NCBI GenBank assembly: GCA_012521215.1
Contig: JAAYMU010000045.1
Coordinates: 2,587-66,586, forward strand
DNA: 64,000 nucleotides
Source of the DNA: Peptococcaceae bacterium
GTDB lineage: Bacteria > Bacillota > Desulfitobacteriia > Desulfitobacteriales > Syntrophobotulaceae
Reading direction: 5' to 3'
Shown: positions 46,223 to 54,133 of the stretch, in pieces
Layout: every line of letters begins with the position of its first letter
Position numbering within the stretch: the first letter of the stretch is position 1
The notes under the pieces: model-generated
Told to the model about the DNA's origin: nothing
The model's database searches: none
The model's input: only the letters and a program-made list of their open reading frames with translations
Made by a program: the position numbers and the translations under genes

Positions 46223-48535
46223 CTAATTAAGCCAATTTAGCGGATTCACTTCAATACTTATTTTAATTTGGGAACAGCTCGGACCATGAAAGAACATTTT
46301 AACCCCGGCATGTATAATCTGCCTAAGCTTATCAGGATTTTTACCCTTAAGCGCTACTTGCCAGCGATATTCATTTTTTAGCCTGCTCAGTACCGCCGGG
46401 GCCGGCCCCAGGATCTGAAAATCATCTTTATGTTCAACAGGAATACACAATCTAAGGCAATGGGTAAGGTCTTGAGCCGCATTAATTACTCTTTTTTCCT
46501 GTTCATGAAATAGCATGACCCTAATTATATGGGCAAAGGGAGGATAGTTTAATTGCTTACGATAAGCGATTTCCTCCCAGAAAAACGCAGCATAGTCTTG
46601 TTTGGCCGCCCTTAGAACAGCTCGGTCATAGGGGGAATAGGTCTGGATTACAACACCTCCGGGTTTAAGGCCCCTACCCGCTCTGCCCGCTACTTGCGTC
46701 AAAAGCTGGAAAGCTCTTTCCCGCGAACGAAAGTCGGGAATGTTTAGCAGCTGATCGGCAGCTATTACCCCCACCAGGGTTACATTAGGAAAGTCAAGTC
46801 CTTTGGCCAACATCTGAGTCCCGACTAAAACAGGAACATTCTCATCCCTGAACTTAGCCAAAATATCAGCATGTTTCTTTAAACCCGCAGTTGTATCAGT
46901 ATCCAATCTTAATACCTCTATTTCCGGGAAAAGGGCTCTAACTTCTTCTTCCAGTTTCTGGGTCCCCTGGCCAAAGAAGCGGATATACCTGCTGCCGCAG
47001 TCCGGACAACGGTGGAATACTTCCCGTTGATAATCGCAATAGTGACAGCGTAACTTCTGTTTATAACTATGAAAGGTCAAAGATATATCACAGTGGGGGC
47101 AGCGAGCAACATAACCACACTCTCGACAAAAAACAAAAGTTGAATAGCCCCTGCGGTTAAGAAAAAGGATAGTTTGTTCTCCTTTGTTTATTCTGTCCCT
47201 TAACTTCTCTCTTAAAAGAAAGGAGAACATACTTTTATTTCCCTTGGCCAGTTCTTTTTTCATGTCCACGATCTCTACGGTTGGTAGGGGGCGCTGCTTA
47301 AATCTTTCTCCTAAGTAGATAAGCTCGATCTTTCCCCTTTTAGCGGCTGCATAACTTTCCAAGGAAGGAGTAGCACTACCGAGAACCACAAGACCTTTCC
47401 TTTGCTTCATTCTTTGACGAGCCACATCTCTGGTATGATATTTGGGGTTTTCGTCTTGCTTATAAGCATTCTCATGTTCCTCGTCAATAATAATCAGAGA
47501 CAGATTAGGCAAGGGAGCAAACACGGCCGAACGCGCACCCACAATTATTCTTTTCCGACCGCTAAGGATTTCCTCCCAAAGAGAGCACTTTTCAGCAATA
47601 CTAATTCCCGAATGTATTACCCCCAGAGCATCCCCAAACTGACGTAGAAAAACTTGGGAAATTTGAGAAGTAAGGGAGATTTCCGGAACAAGGATAATAA
47701 CATCCCCTCCCACGGCCAGCACTTGGGAAACTATTTCCCTATAAATCTGGGTTTTGCCGCTTCCGGTTATTCCATGCAACAGAATACAGCTGCCGTCCTT
47801 TTTTAAGAAAGCATCCCAGATTTTTTGGGCTACTTTTTTTTGGGCAGGACTAAGCTCAATAATTTCCGTAAATTTGGTGTCCGATTCCTTTTCTGCTTGG
47901 TTTTTATTTGCGGCCAGGATTTTAAACGCCGGCTCGTTCATGTCCTCAGGCAGAACTGAAGCCGATTTCTTCAGACGGCCAACTCCGGAAAATCTGGTTT
48001 CTTTTTTTAACCAACCCCTACTTATCATTTCTTCCAACAAATCCGGGGTTACTCCCGTTCTTTGTAGTAAAACTTTTTCAGCCAAAGCTTTTTTCCTGGA
48101 TCGGTGAAGAGTTTTTAAAACCTTATATATATCAGGATCTAACAGTTCCAGGGCTTTAACATCTTCATCATGCATTTCAGCCAGGGGTATTAACCAAGGT
48201 TCAACTTTTCCTTTAAGAAAAGGCCAAACTGTATGTAGGGCCTGAGCAACAGAACAAATAGTTGTTTCCGCCAGCCAAATAGCAAGTTCGATCAATTCAA
48301 GAGGAAGCAGGCTTTGCTCTAAAACTGCTTCTATAGGGCGCAAATTAACCTTTTTTTCTAAATCGGGCCTTTTATCGCTGACTCTAACCACCAGGCCTTG
48401 GACTTGACGGTTTCTAAGAGGTACCATAACCGTCATGCCCGTTTTCACCTGCATATTGTCAGGAATAAGATAGTGATAACTTTGATCAAGTCGCCTGTTG
48501 GCCACATCGACTAAAATTTCGGCATATTTAGGCAA
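46223..48535 (-). CDS. priA: Primosomal replication-restart helicase PriA
   Basis: GITGSGKT, DEEH and a Cys-rich zinc insertion (CRECGYVARCPHCD...CHYCDY...CPDCGS). TTG start with AAGGAG 8 nt upstream. Confidence 0.94.
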   Translation of the reverse strand: MPKYAEILVDVANRRLDQSYHYLIPDNMQVKTGMTVMVPLRNRQVQGLVVRVSDKRPDLEKKVNLRPIEAVLEQSLLPLELIELAIWLAETTICSVAQALHTVWPFLKGKVEPWLIPLAEMHDEDVKALELLDPDIYKVLKTLHRSRKKALAEKVLLQRTGVTPDLLEEMISRGWLKKETRFSGVGRLKKSASVLPEDMNEPAFKILAANKNQAEKESDTKFTEIIELSPAQKKVAQKIWDAFLKKDGSCILLHGITGSGKTQIYREIVSQVLAVGGDVIILVPEISLTSQISQVFLRQFGDALGVIHSGISIAEKCSLWEEILSGRKRIIVGARSAVFAPLPNLSLIIIDEEHENAYKQDENPKYHTRDVARQRMKQRKGLVVLGSATPSLESYAAAKRGKIELIYLGERFKQRPLPTVEIVDMKKELAKGNKSMFSFLLREKLRDRINKGEQTILFLNRRGYSTFVFCRECGYVARCPHCDISLTFHSYKQKLRCHYCDYQREVFHRCPDCGSRYIRFFGQGTQKLEEEVRALFPEIEVLRLDTDTTAGLKKHADILAKFRDENVPVLVGTQMLAKGLDFPNVTLVGVIAADQLLNIPDFRSRERAFQLLTQVAGRAGRGLKPGGVVIQTYSPYDRAVLRAAKQDYAAFFWEEIAYRKQLNYPPFAHIIRVMLFHEQEKRVINAAQDLTHCLRLCIPVEHKDDFQILGPAPAVLSRLKNEYRWQVALKGKNPDKLRQIIHAGVKMFFHGPSCSQIKISIEVNPLNWLN

Positions 48536-48684
48536 AGAAAAATCTCCTTTCCTAATATAACTCTTGCTTAAAACAAGCGCATACCGTAAGCGCTTGTCCC
48601 GTAGTAATTAATTATACCAGATAATGCATGACAACCTTTACCAACAAAAAATAACAAAGGGTTACAAAATCCTGCAAGAAATAT

Positions 48685-48713
48685 TTAAAAATTATTGCCT
48701 GGCAAAGTATAAT
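48685..48713 (+). promoter_or_regulatory. Candidate sigma-A promoter for pyrP
   Basis: TTAAAA-N17-TATAAT (-10 at 48708-13). Confidence 0.4.
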
Positions 48714-48743
48714 CTGGTATTCTTGTTTAGGAATAAAAAAATA

Positions 48744-48775
48744 CCTTTAAGACTAGTCCCGTGAGGCTGGAAAGG
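48744..48775 (+). promoter_or_regulatory. PyrR-binding anti-antiterminator hairpin
   Basis: CCTTT...AAAGG stem enclosing AGTCCCGTGAGGCT. This is close to the PyrR recognition consensus ARUCCAGAGAGGYU. Confidence 0.7.
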
Positions 48776-48803
48776 AAAATAATGGAGTATTTGGCCATGC
48801 TGT

Positions 48804-48841
48804 ACCTCTTCCTGCTCACGGTCGGAAGAGGTTTAATTTTT
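48804..48841 (+). terminator. Attenuator terminator of the pyrP leader
   Basis: ACCTCTTCC-11 nt-GGAAGAGGT is followed by TTAATTTTT and ends 17 nt before the pyrP ATG. Upstream GGAAAGG could form the competing antiterminator. Confidence 0.75.
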
Positions 48842-48858
48842 AGGAGGTTTTATTTACT

Positions 48859-50061
48859 ATGTCTTCCGAAGTTCAAATTCACGAAAGATTATCTTTAGCC
48901 AAGACTATACCCTTAGGCCTGCAGCATGTATTTGCTATGTTCGGCGCCACAGTGTTGGTTCCTTTTCTCACCGGTTTGAACCCCGCTGTTGCTCTTCTAT
49001 GCTCCGGAATCGGTACCATTGTCTTTCTGCTTTTCACCGGGAGTAGAGTCCCCGCCTATTTGGGGTCATCCTTTGCCTACATCGGTGCCTTAACCTATTT
49101 CATCCAAGATCAGAAAGACATGGCCTCAGCTATGGGCGGGGCTTTAACCATTGGAATTATCTATCTTGTTGTGTTTGCCCTTATGGCTGTTTTCGGTACT
49201 GCTTGGATCCAAAAAATAGTGCCGCCGATTGTTGCCGGTCCTGTCGTGTCCATAATAGGCTTAAGCCTGACCCCTACGGCTGCCAGTATGGCTTCCGAAA
49301 ACTGGACCATTGCAATTATTACTTTAGCCGTAGCTGTTATTTTTTCAATATTTGCCAGAGGGTTTTTGAAGATTATTCCTATCCTCATGGCTGTTATCAT
49401 CGGCTACGCGGTTGCTTTTGCTATGGGCGTAGTACATTATCAGCCTATTGTTGACGCCTGTCAAAATTTCTTTGTTTTTCCTGTAAGTTTTGGAGCTGAG
49501 TATCTCCCTTCTTTTAATAAGGCTGCCATTCTTATGTTTGCACCTCTGGCTCTCGTTACTATGATTGAAGACCTGGGACATATGATTGTTCTCGGTAACA
49601 TTACCCACTCTGATCCACTGACCAAACCAGGGTTCCACCGGGTACTCCTTGGAAATGGTGTTGCTACCGGAATCGGCAGCTTTTTAGGCGGCCCCCCACT
49701 CACTACCTATGGAGAAAATTTAGGTGTTCTGGCCGTAACTCGCGTTTATAGTTCCTTCAATCTTTGGGTCGCGGCTATCATTGCCATTATCCTCAGTCTG
49801 ATTCACCCGCTGCAGGCCGCTATTATGTCCATTCCCACCGCTGTCATGGGCGGGGTCAGCATTCTGTTGTTTGGAATGATCGGTGCTGCCGGTTTACGTA
49901 ATCTAGTAGAAGCTAAAGTAGATTTCTCTAAATCGAAAAATTTAATTATCGCTTCCGTTATCTTCGCTGTTGGTATCGGAGTCAGCAATCACGGCGTTGC
50001 CTGGGCCACCATTGCGGGTATTGCTTTAAATCTAATCCTACCTGAGCCCAAAGAAGACTAA
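48859..50061 (+). CDS. pyrP: Uracil permease (NCS2 family)
   Basis: LGLQHVFAMFGATVLVPFLTG signature, about 12 TM segments, and a PyrR attenuator upstream. AGGAGG RBS. Confidence 0.9.
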   Translation: MSSEVQIHERLSLAKTIPLGLQHVFAMFGATVLVPFLTGLNPAVALLCSGIGTIVFLLFTGSRVPAYLGSSFAYIGALTYFIQDQKDMASAMGGALTIGIIYLVVFALMAVFGTAWIQKIVPPIVAGPVVSIIGLSLTPTAASMASENWTIAIITLAVAVIFSIFARGFLKIIPILMAVIIGYAVAFAMGVVHYQPIVDACQNFFVFPVSFGAEYLPSFNKAAILMFAPLALVTMIEDLGHMIVLGNITHSDPLTKPGFHRVLLGNGVATGIGSFLGGPPLTTYGENLGVLAVTRVYSSFNLWVAAIIAIILSLIHPLQAAIMSIPTAVMGGVSILLFGMIGAAGLRNLVEAKVDFSKSKNLIIASVIFAVGIGVSNHGVAWATIAGIALNLILPEPKED

Positions 50062-50130
50062 AACTTAAGGCTCTCTGTCAAATGTTGGGGCTAAGCCCGA
50101 AAACGTAGAGTAAATAAACCAGATACTTTA

Positions 50131-50173
50131 AGAAGGTGTCTTCATGTTGAAACTTGAAGGCATCTTCTTTATT
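50131..50173 (+). terminator. Intrinsic terminator after pyrP
   Basis: AGAAGGTGTCTTCA-loop-TGAAGGCATCTTCT (14 bp with two G-U pairs) is followed by TTATT. Confidence 0.6.
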
Positions 50174-50289
50174 CACTCAGCTTGCCCAAATACTCCATTC
50201 GCCCGGTCACGTAGCTAATAACAAAAATACTCGCTAACATGCCAAAACCTTTAGGCTATCTGCAAGTTAACCTTGGCATGTCTTAGAAC

Positions 50290-50733
50290 TTACTCCCCTT
50301 TGGGAGTATTAAGCAAACTTAGTAAAGCCTGCTCGAAGTTCCGATTGTCTTCCTGAGTCCGTTTCTTGGGATTAGGAGTTTTGCCTCCGGCCCGGCGGAC
50401 TTTCTGTCCCAAAAAACGCTCGAAGAGAAGTTTATCAATATTTTCATTAGTATAAAGCAAACCGTTTGGATTTATTGTTTTAGCCCCTTTGCCCAGAACA
50501 AGAGCTGCCAAACCAAAGTCCTGGGTAACAACAATATCATGCTGGGTCAAAAGGTTCATCAAGACAAAGTCTACACTATCCTGTCCCTTATCTACCGTTA
50601 TTACCCTACTGTACCCATCACTGAATTCATGCGATGTATCAATTACCATAATTACCGGTATATTTCTTTTTTTGGCGTTCTCGACAATAATGTCCTTCAC
50701 CGGACAAGCATCGGCATCCACCAGTATTCTCAT
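50290..50733 (-). CDS. YaiI/YqxD family protein (UPF0178/DUF188)
   Basis: MRILVDADACPVKD N-terminus is typical of the family. The ATG at 50733 is preceded by GAGGTG. Confidence 0.85.
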   Translation of the reverse strand: MRILVDADACPVKDIIVENAKKRNIPVIMVIDTSHEFSDGYSRVITVDKGQDSVDFVLMNLLTQHDIVVTQDFGLAALVLGKGAKTINPNGLLYTNENIDKLLFERFLGQKVRRAGGKTPNPKKRTQEDNRNFEQALLSLLNTPKGE

Positions 50734-50795
50734 AACCACCTCAACGTTTTCTAATAAACAATATTTTCTTATAATTTTTTATAAACAATATATTC

Positions 50796-51755
50796 TTATA
50801 AACTTTTTGTCATTGGAAATAATTCCGGTTCTAGGTCCTTAAAGTAAGAAACCATTTTTCGCTTTGTTACTTTGTCTCCCGCTTCAACATCCCCAATCAG
50901 CATTGGGGAATTAGGGTTATGTCTGCTTGTATTGTTAGCAACCGATTTTTCGCTGAAACTGGCATAACAATACAGGCAGCCATGCCGGCAACTATTATAG
51001 GCCCCTATATCTATGCTGGCAATACATCCGCACCTATGTCTCTGATTCCTATCCTTGACAACTCGAATGTTTTTGCCGCTTATTTCCGCAATTAGCCGGT
51101 CATCTATGCATTTAGCGGGACTAATGCCCTGTAAAATCAAATCCGCTTTCTCGGCACAAGCTTCAAGTTTGATTTCATATTTACCGGCGATATCTGCCAG
51201 TACTTTTCCCGTTTGTAATACTATATTATTGTCCGGCTTTTCTGCCTTTAAAAGCCTTAAGTTATTTATTGCTTTTTTATAAAAATCAACAAAACTTATC
51301 TGGCAGCGCCGCGTATAGCCTTTAAGTCGAGACGCTAGGAATTCAAATTTCTCGGCATGATACTCCAAGTTCATTTCAGCATTGAAAATAATAGGATCAT
51401 ATCTCCAAATAATTCTTGCCGGACCAATTTGGGCCGCAAGCTTTTGCAGGGTCTCAACCGCCCTCTCCTTAGAAGGAATGTTCTTTTCAATTTCAGGACC
51501 GTATGGGGTAATGGTTACTAAAAAATAATAGTTGTACTCCTCAAGTAGATTTAAGCGATCCATCATAGGTGCCGGATTTTTGGTCCAAAAAACAATACCG
51601 TCAATTACCGACGGATTAAGTTCTATGTGGCTAACCTGCCTGTAATTCATAGGGTTACGGACCAATACAAACCCTTCTCTAAGCCGGTTAAAGAACCATT
51701 CGCTATAAAAAGCCGGGATATCCGTTCGCCTACTGACACTTAAGATCATTTCCAT
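50796..51755 (-). CDS. DUF1848 family protein with C-terminal Cys cluster
   Basis: ILSVSRRTDIPAFYSEWF N-terminus and CGCIASIDIGAYNSCRHGCLYCYA match the DUF1848 pattern. It starts 18 nt after alkA. Confidence 0.8.
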   Translation of the reverse strand: MEMILSVSRRTDIPAFYSEWFFNRLREGFVLVRNPMNYRQVSHIELNPSVIDGIVFWTKNPAPMMDRLNLLEEYNYYFLVTITPYGPEIEKNIPSKERAVETLQKLAAQIGPARIIWRYDPIIFNAEMNLEYHAEKFEFLASRLKGYTRRCQISFVDFYKKAINNLRLLKAEKPDNNIVLQTGKVLADIAGKYEIKLEACAEKADLILQGISPAKCIDDRLIAEISGKNIRVVKDRNQRHRCGCIASIDIGAYNSCRHGCLYCYASFSEKSVANNTSRHNPNSPMLIGDVEAGDKVTKRKMVSYFKDLEPELFPMTKSL

Positions 51756-51773
51756 CCGCTCCAGTCTGATTTG

Positions 51774-52385
51774 TCATTTGCTGTTCTCCTTAGATATTTC
51801 CCAAAGATAAAGAGAAGCCACCGAACAATAGGGAGAATATCGTTTTCTGTGTTTCTCAAAAGTTTGTTTATCCAGCTGCTCATAATTATATAGTTTCATA
51901 ATGCCCCTGCGGATAGCCAAATCATTCCAGCTTAATATATTCATTCTCTGCATGGAAAAAATCATAAGCATTTCGGCAGTCCAGACTCCCACCCCGTTTA
52001 AAGTTGAAAGTTCTTTTATTACCTCATGGTCCGGAAGGCCCGAAAGTCTTTCCATATCAAATTCTCCGCTCAGAATTTTTTGAGCGATGTTTTTTATATA
52101 TAAAGCTTTGCGCATGGTTATGCCGGTACTCTGCAGTTCCTCAGCTGATAAAGTTTGGATAGCCTGAGGAGTAACTTCCCCTAGCTTGTCCAGTATTCTC
52201 TGCCAAATAGTAGCATGGGCTTTCATTGAAATTTGCTGGCCTACAATACTATTGACCAACGCAGAGAATAAATCCGGAATTACTTTTCTTTTCACCAGGC
52301 CAATCCTGTCCATAGCCTCGGCCAAACGCTTATCTTTGCTTTTCAGATATTTTATTTCCAAATCTCCATATTCAAAATACTGCAT
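51774..52385 (-). CDS. alkA: DNA-3-methyladenine glycosylase II (AlkA-like, HhH-GPD)
   Basis: LSTLNGVGVWTAEMLMIF helix-hairpin-helix and the WNDLAIRRG catalytic Asp region. I use the ATG at 52385 (MQYFEYGD) with GGAGAGG upstream. The track ORF adds a 29-aa low-complexity extension. Confidence 0.85.
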   Translation of the reverse strand: MQYFEYGDLEIKYLKSKDKRLAEAMDRIGLVKRKVIPDLFSALVNSIVGQQISMKAHATIWQRILDKLGEVTPQAIQTLSAEELQSTGITMRKALYIKNIAQKILSGEFDMERLSGLPDHEVIKELSTLNGVGVWTAEMLMIFSMQRMNILSWNDLAIRRGIMKLYNYEQLDKQTFEKHRKRYSPYCSVASLYLWEISKENSK

Positions 52386-52400
52386 GGTAACCTCTCCGGC

Positions 52401-52454
52401 CATAAATATCACAACATAAATATAACAACATAGATATAACAGCATTTTATTAAT
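52401..52454. repeat. About 14-bp AT-rich tandem repeat (3-4 units) immediately upstream of the alkA RBS
   Basis: caacataaatataa (52413-26) and caacatagatataa (52427-40), flanked by degenerate units ccataaatatca and cagcattttattaa. Confidence 0.6.
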
Positions 52455-52540
52455 CATTAATTTAATATCCATAATTTCTCTACTCGATTATTATAAAGGA
52501 GAAAGGCAACTAAAGCATAGCTTGTATTTTTTCCAAGTTA

Positions 52541-52568
52541 TGAAATAACGGTCCATTGTCATGGACCG
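52541..52568 (-). terminator. Intrinsic terminator after hsp20 (hairpin is symmetric, possibly bidirectional)
   Basis: CGGTCCAT-tgtc-ATGGACCG (8 bp). On the minus strand it is followed by TTATTTCA. Confidence 0.7.
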
Positions 52569-52616
52569 TATCATATTTTTTAAACTAATTCAGATTAAAC
52601 TTAATTCTAGCTAGTC

Positions 52617-53063
52617 TTATTCAATAGTAATTCTTTTGTTGCGACGAATATGTGGTTCTCTTTTGGGTAAAGTGATGGTCAAAACACCGTTTTCAAATTT
52701 AGCTTTTGCTTTATCGGGAACAATGTTATCGATCGCAAAAGACCTAGCCATTGACGAGTTTCGTCTTTCTCGACGAATATAGTTTTCATTTTCTTCGTTA
52801 ATCTCTTCATTGTGATTGACTGAAATAGTAAGCTTGTTTTCGTCAATTTCCAGGTTGATCTCGTCTTTTTTTGCTCCGGGAATATCAGCCTCAATCACGA
52901 ATTCCCGATCATTTTCTTTAATGTCAACCTTCATCAACCCATTGTTAGGGAAAAAGGTCGGGAACATTGAATCATTAAAGAAACTTTCAAAGATGCTGTC
53001 AATGTTCCACGGATTTCCCCTTCTGACCATTCCACTATTTCTAAAAGGAACCATATTAAACAT
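52617..53063 (-). CDS. Hsp20/alpha-crystallin family small heat-shock protein
   Basis: Alpha-crystallin domain (DIKENDREFVIEADIPG...ENGVLTITLPK). The ATG at 53063 is preceded by GAGGTG. Confidence 0.93.
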   Translation of the reverse strand: MFNMVPFRNSGMVRRGNPWNIDSIFESFFNDSMFPTFFPNNGLMKVDIKENDREFVIEADIPGAKKDEINLEIDENKLTISVNHNEEINEENENYIRRERRNSSMARSFAIDNIVPDKAKAKFENGVLTITLPKREPHIRRNKRITIE

Positions 53064-53248
53064 GCTACAACACCTCGCTTCAAAGTTTACCGGCCAGATT
53101 GAATTTTTGATCAAGCGGGATGATGATCGTCCCTGACTCTTTGATTATGATTGATCATCACTGATTTTTGTCTGATCATTTTTGACTATAAGCAGGGTGC
53201 CCTCTTTGATCATCCTTGCCCATTTGACCATAACTTACCTTCAAGTAA

Positions 53249-53278
53249 ATTATATCCATAAAGGTCAGTCAATGTCAA
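53249..53278 (-). promoter_or_regulatory. Sigma-A promoter for hsp20
   Basis: On the minus strand TTGACA (53278-73) -N18- TATAAT (53254-49). It leaves a leader of about 180 nt. Confidence 0.6.
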
Positions 53279-53321
53279 GATGTTGCGCACTAATTTTTTT
53301 TATTTTTTTGTTTTTTGCTTT

Positions 53322-53933
53322 TTATTTATCGATATTAAATTCGATTAAATAATGTCCCTCATAAATATCATCGGTCTCAATTACCAGGCTCGGATAAGTT
53401 ATCACTGTCGCTACAATATCACCACGATTTGGTTTTACATATTTAGCCTGGACAATAAGCTTTCCGTCTTGGAGGCTGAGATTGGTCAATTCAATATGGT
53501 AGCCGGCCGTTGGGCATTGGCCCATAGTTAGAACCAGATAGGTTTTGTTATTAACATTTAAGGCCCGCTGGGTCTCTTTGGTCTTGTTTTCCTCTAGATA
53601 GGCGGATATTTCAGCCGGATAATTTTCGGTTAAAATCCTGCTTTTAACTCCATCCCCTTGTTGTAATTGTTTTGGATTATTCTTATGATCAGGCTCTTTC
53701 TGCTTTCCTGTCTGGCTGTCTTCAAGGCTATCGGTTGGGTTGTCTTCTTGGCTGTCGGTTGGGTTGCCCTCTTGGCTATCGGACTGATTATCTCCTAACT
53801 GGCCGTTTGGAGCACCTATATCCGGCTTGTTCCCTTGATCCGAATTTTGATTTTGCATGGCCCCACATCCAAGCATTCCGACTAATAATAACGTCAACAT
53901 CCCCATTGCTAATATGCTGATAATTTTTTTCAT
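53322..53933 (-). CDS. Lipoprotein with PrcB_C-like C-terminal domain and acidic repeat linker
   Basis: Signal peptide plus lipobox (LLVGMLGC), D/E/S/Q-rich repeats, and a GQCPTAGYHIEL motif resembling PrcB C-terminal domains. Confidence 0.7.
   Translation of the reverse strand: MKKIISILAMGMLTLLLVGMLGCGAMQNQNSDQGNKPDIGAPNGQLGDNQSDSQEGNPTDSQEDNPTDSLEDSQTGKQKEPDHKNNPKQLQQGDGVKSRILTENYPAEISAYLEENKTKETQRALNVNNKTYLVLTMGQCPTAGYHIELTNLSLQDGKLIVQAKYVKPNRGDIVATVITYPSLVIETDDIYEGHYLIEFNIDK
53724..53795 (-). repeat. In-frame 24-bp x3 imperfect tandem repeat in the lipoprotein linker
   Basis: Units at 53724-47, 53748-71 and 53772-95 encode SQEGNPTD / SQEDNPTD / SLEDSQTG. Confidence 0.7.
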
Positions 53934-54041
53934 TTTTTTACCCCTCCAGGCTTTTTTATCAACCTATTCATATAGTCGTATATTTTAATAGAAATCTGGC
54001 CTGGGGTAAAGACAGTCTGCGCCCATACCCGAGCGCACCTT

Positions 54042-54071
54042 AATAAAGCCGCTGATCAAAATCAGCGGCTT
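54042..54071 (-). terminator. Strong intrinsic terminator closing the reductase operon
   Basis: A perfect 11-bp stem AAGCCGCTGAT-caaa-ATCAGCGGCTT is flanked by T-rich sequence on either strand. Confidence 0.8.
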
Positions 54072-54133
54072 TGTATCTAGAGCTTTGTATCTAGGCCTTT
54101 ATATCTAGGGCTTTATATCTGGCTTTATAATAC
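54067..54133. repeat. 14-bp tandem repeat (about 4.5 units) between the URO-D-like stop codon and the terminator
   Basis: ggctttgtatctag, agctttgtatctag, gcctttatatctag, ggctttatatctg, gctttataatac. The last unit contains the stop codon (54125-27). Confidence 0.85.

Noticed and set aside
50241-50282. Hairpin CATGCCAA...TTGGCATG downstream of the yaiI-family gene as its terminator.
   Set aside because: It has only 8 bp closing a 26-nt loop, with no internal pairing that I could find and no clear U-tract. That is too weak to annotate.
52386-52472. N-terminal extensions of track ORFs: alkA 52386-52472, reductase 3 at 61497-61583, def 46152-46217, rplS 4252-4332, PP2C 40087-40140, GH18 1619-1687 and hsp20 53064-53114.
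   Set aside because: In each case an internal ATG with a good Shine-Dalgarno coincides with the conserved family N-terminus, and the upstream extension is hydrophobic or low-complexity or overlaps the preceding gene.
54067-54133. Possible CRISPR array or mobile-element end, suggested by the tandem repeats at 54067-54133, 52401-52454, 2956-2991 and 29781-29814.
   Set aside because: The units are 10-18 bp and directly abutting, with no spacers. No cas, transposase or integrase genes and no flanking inverted repeats are present.
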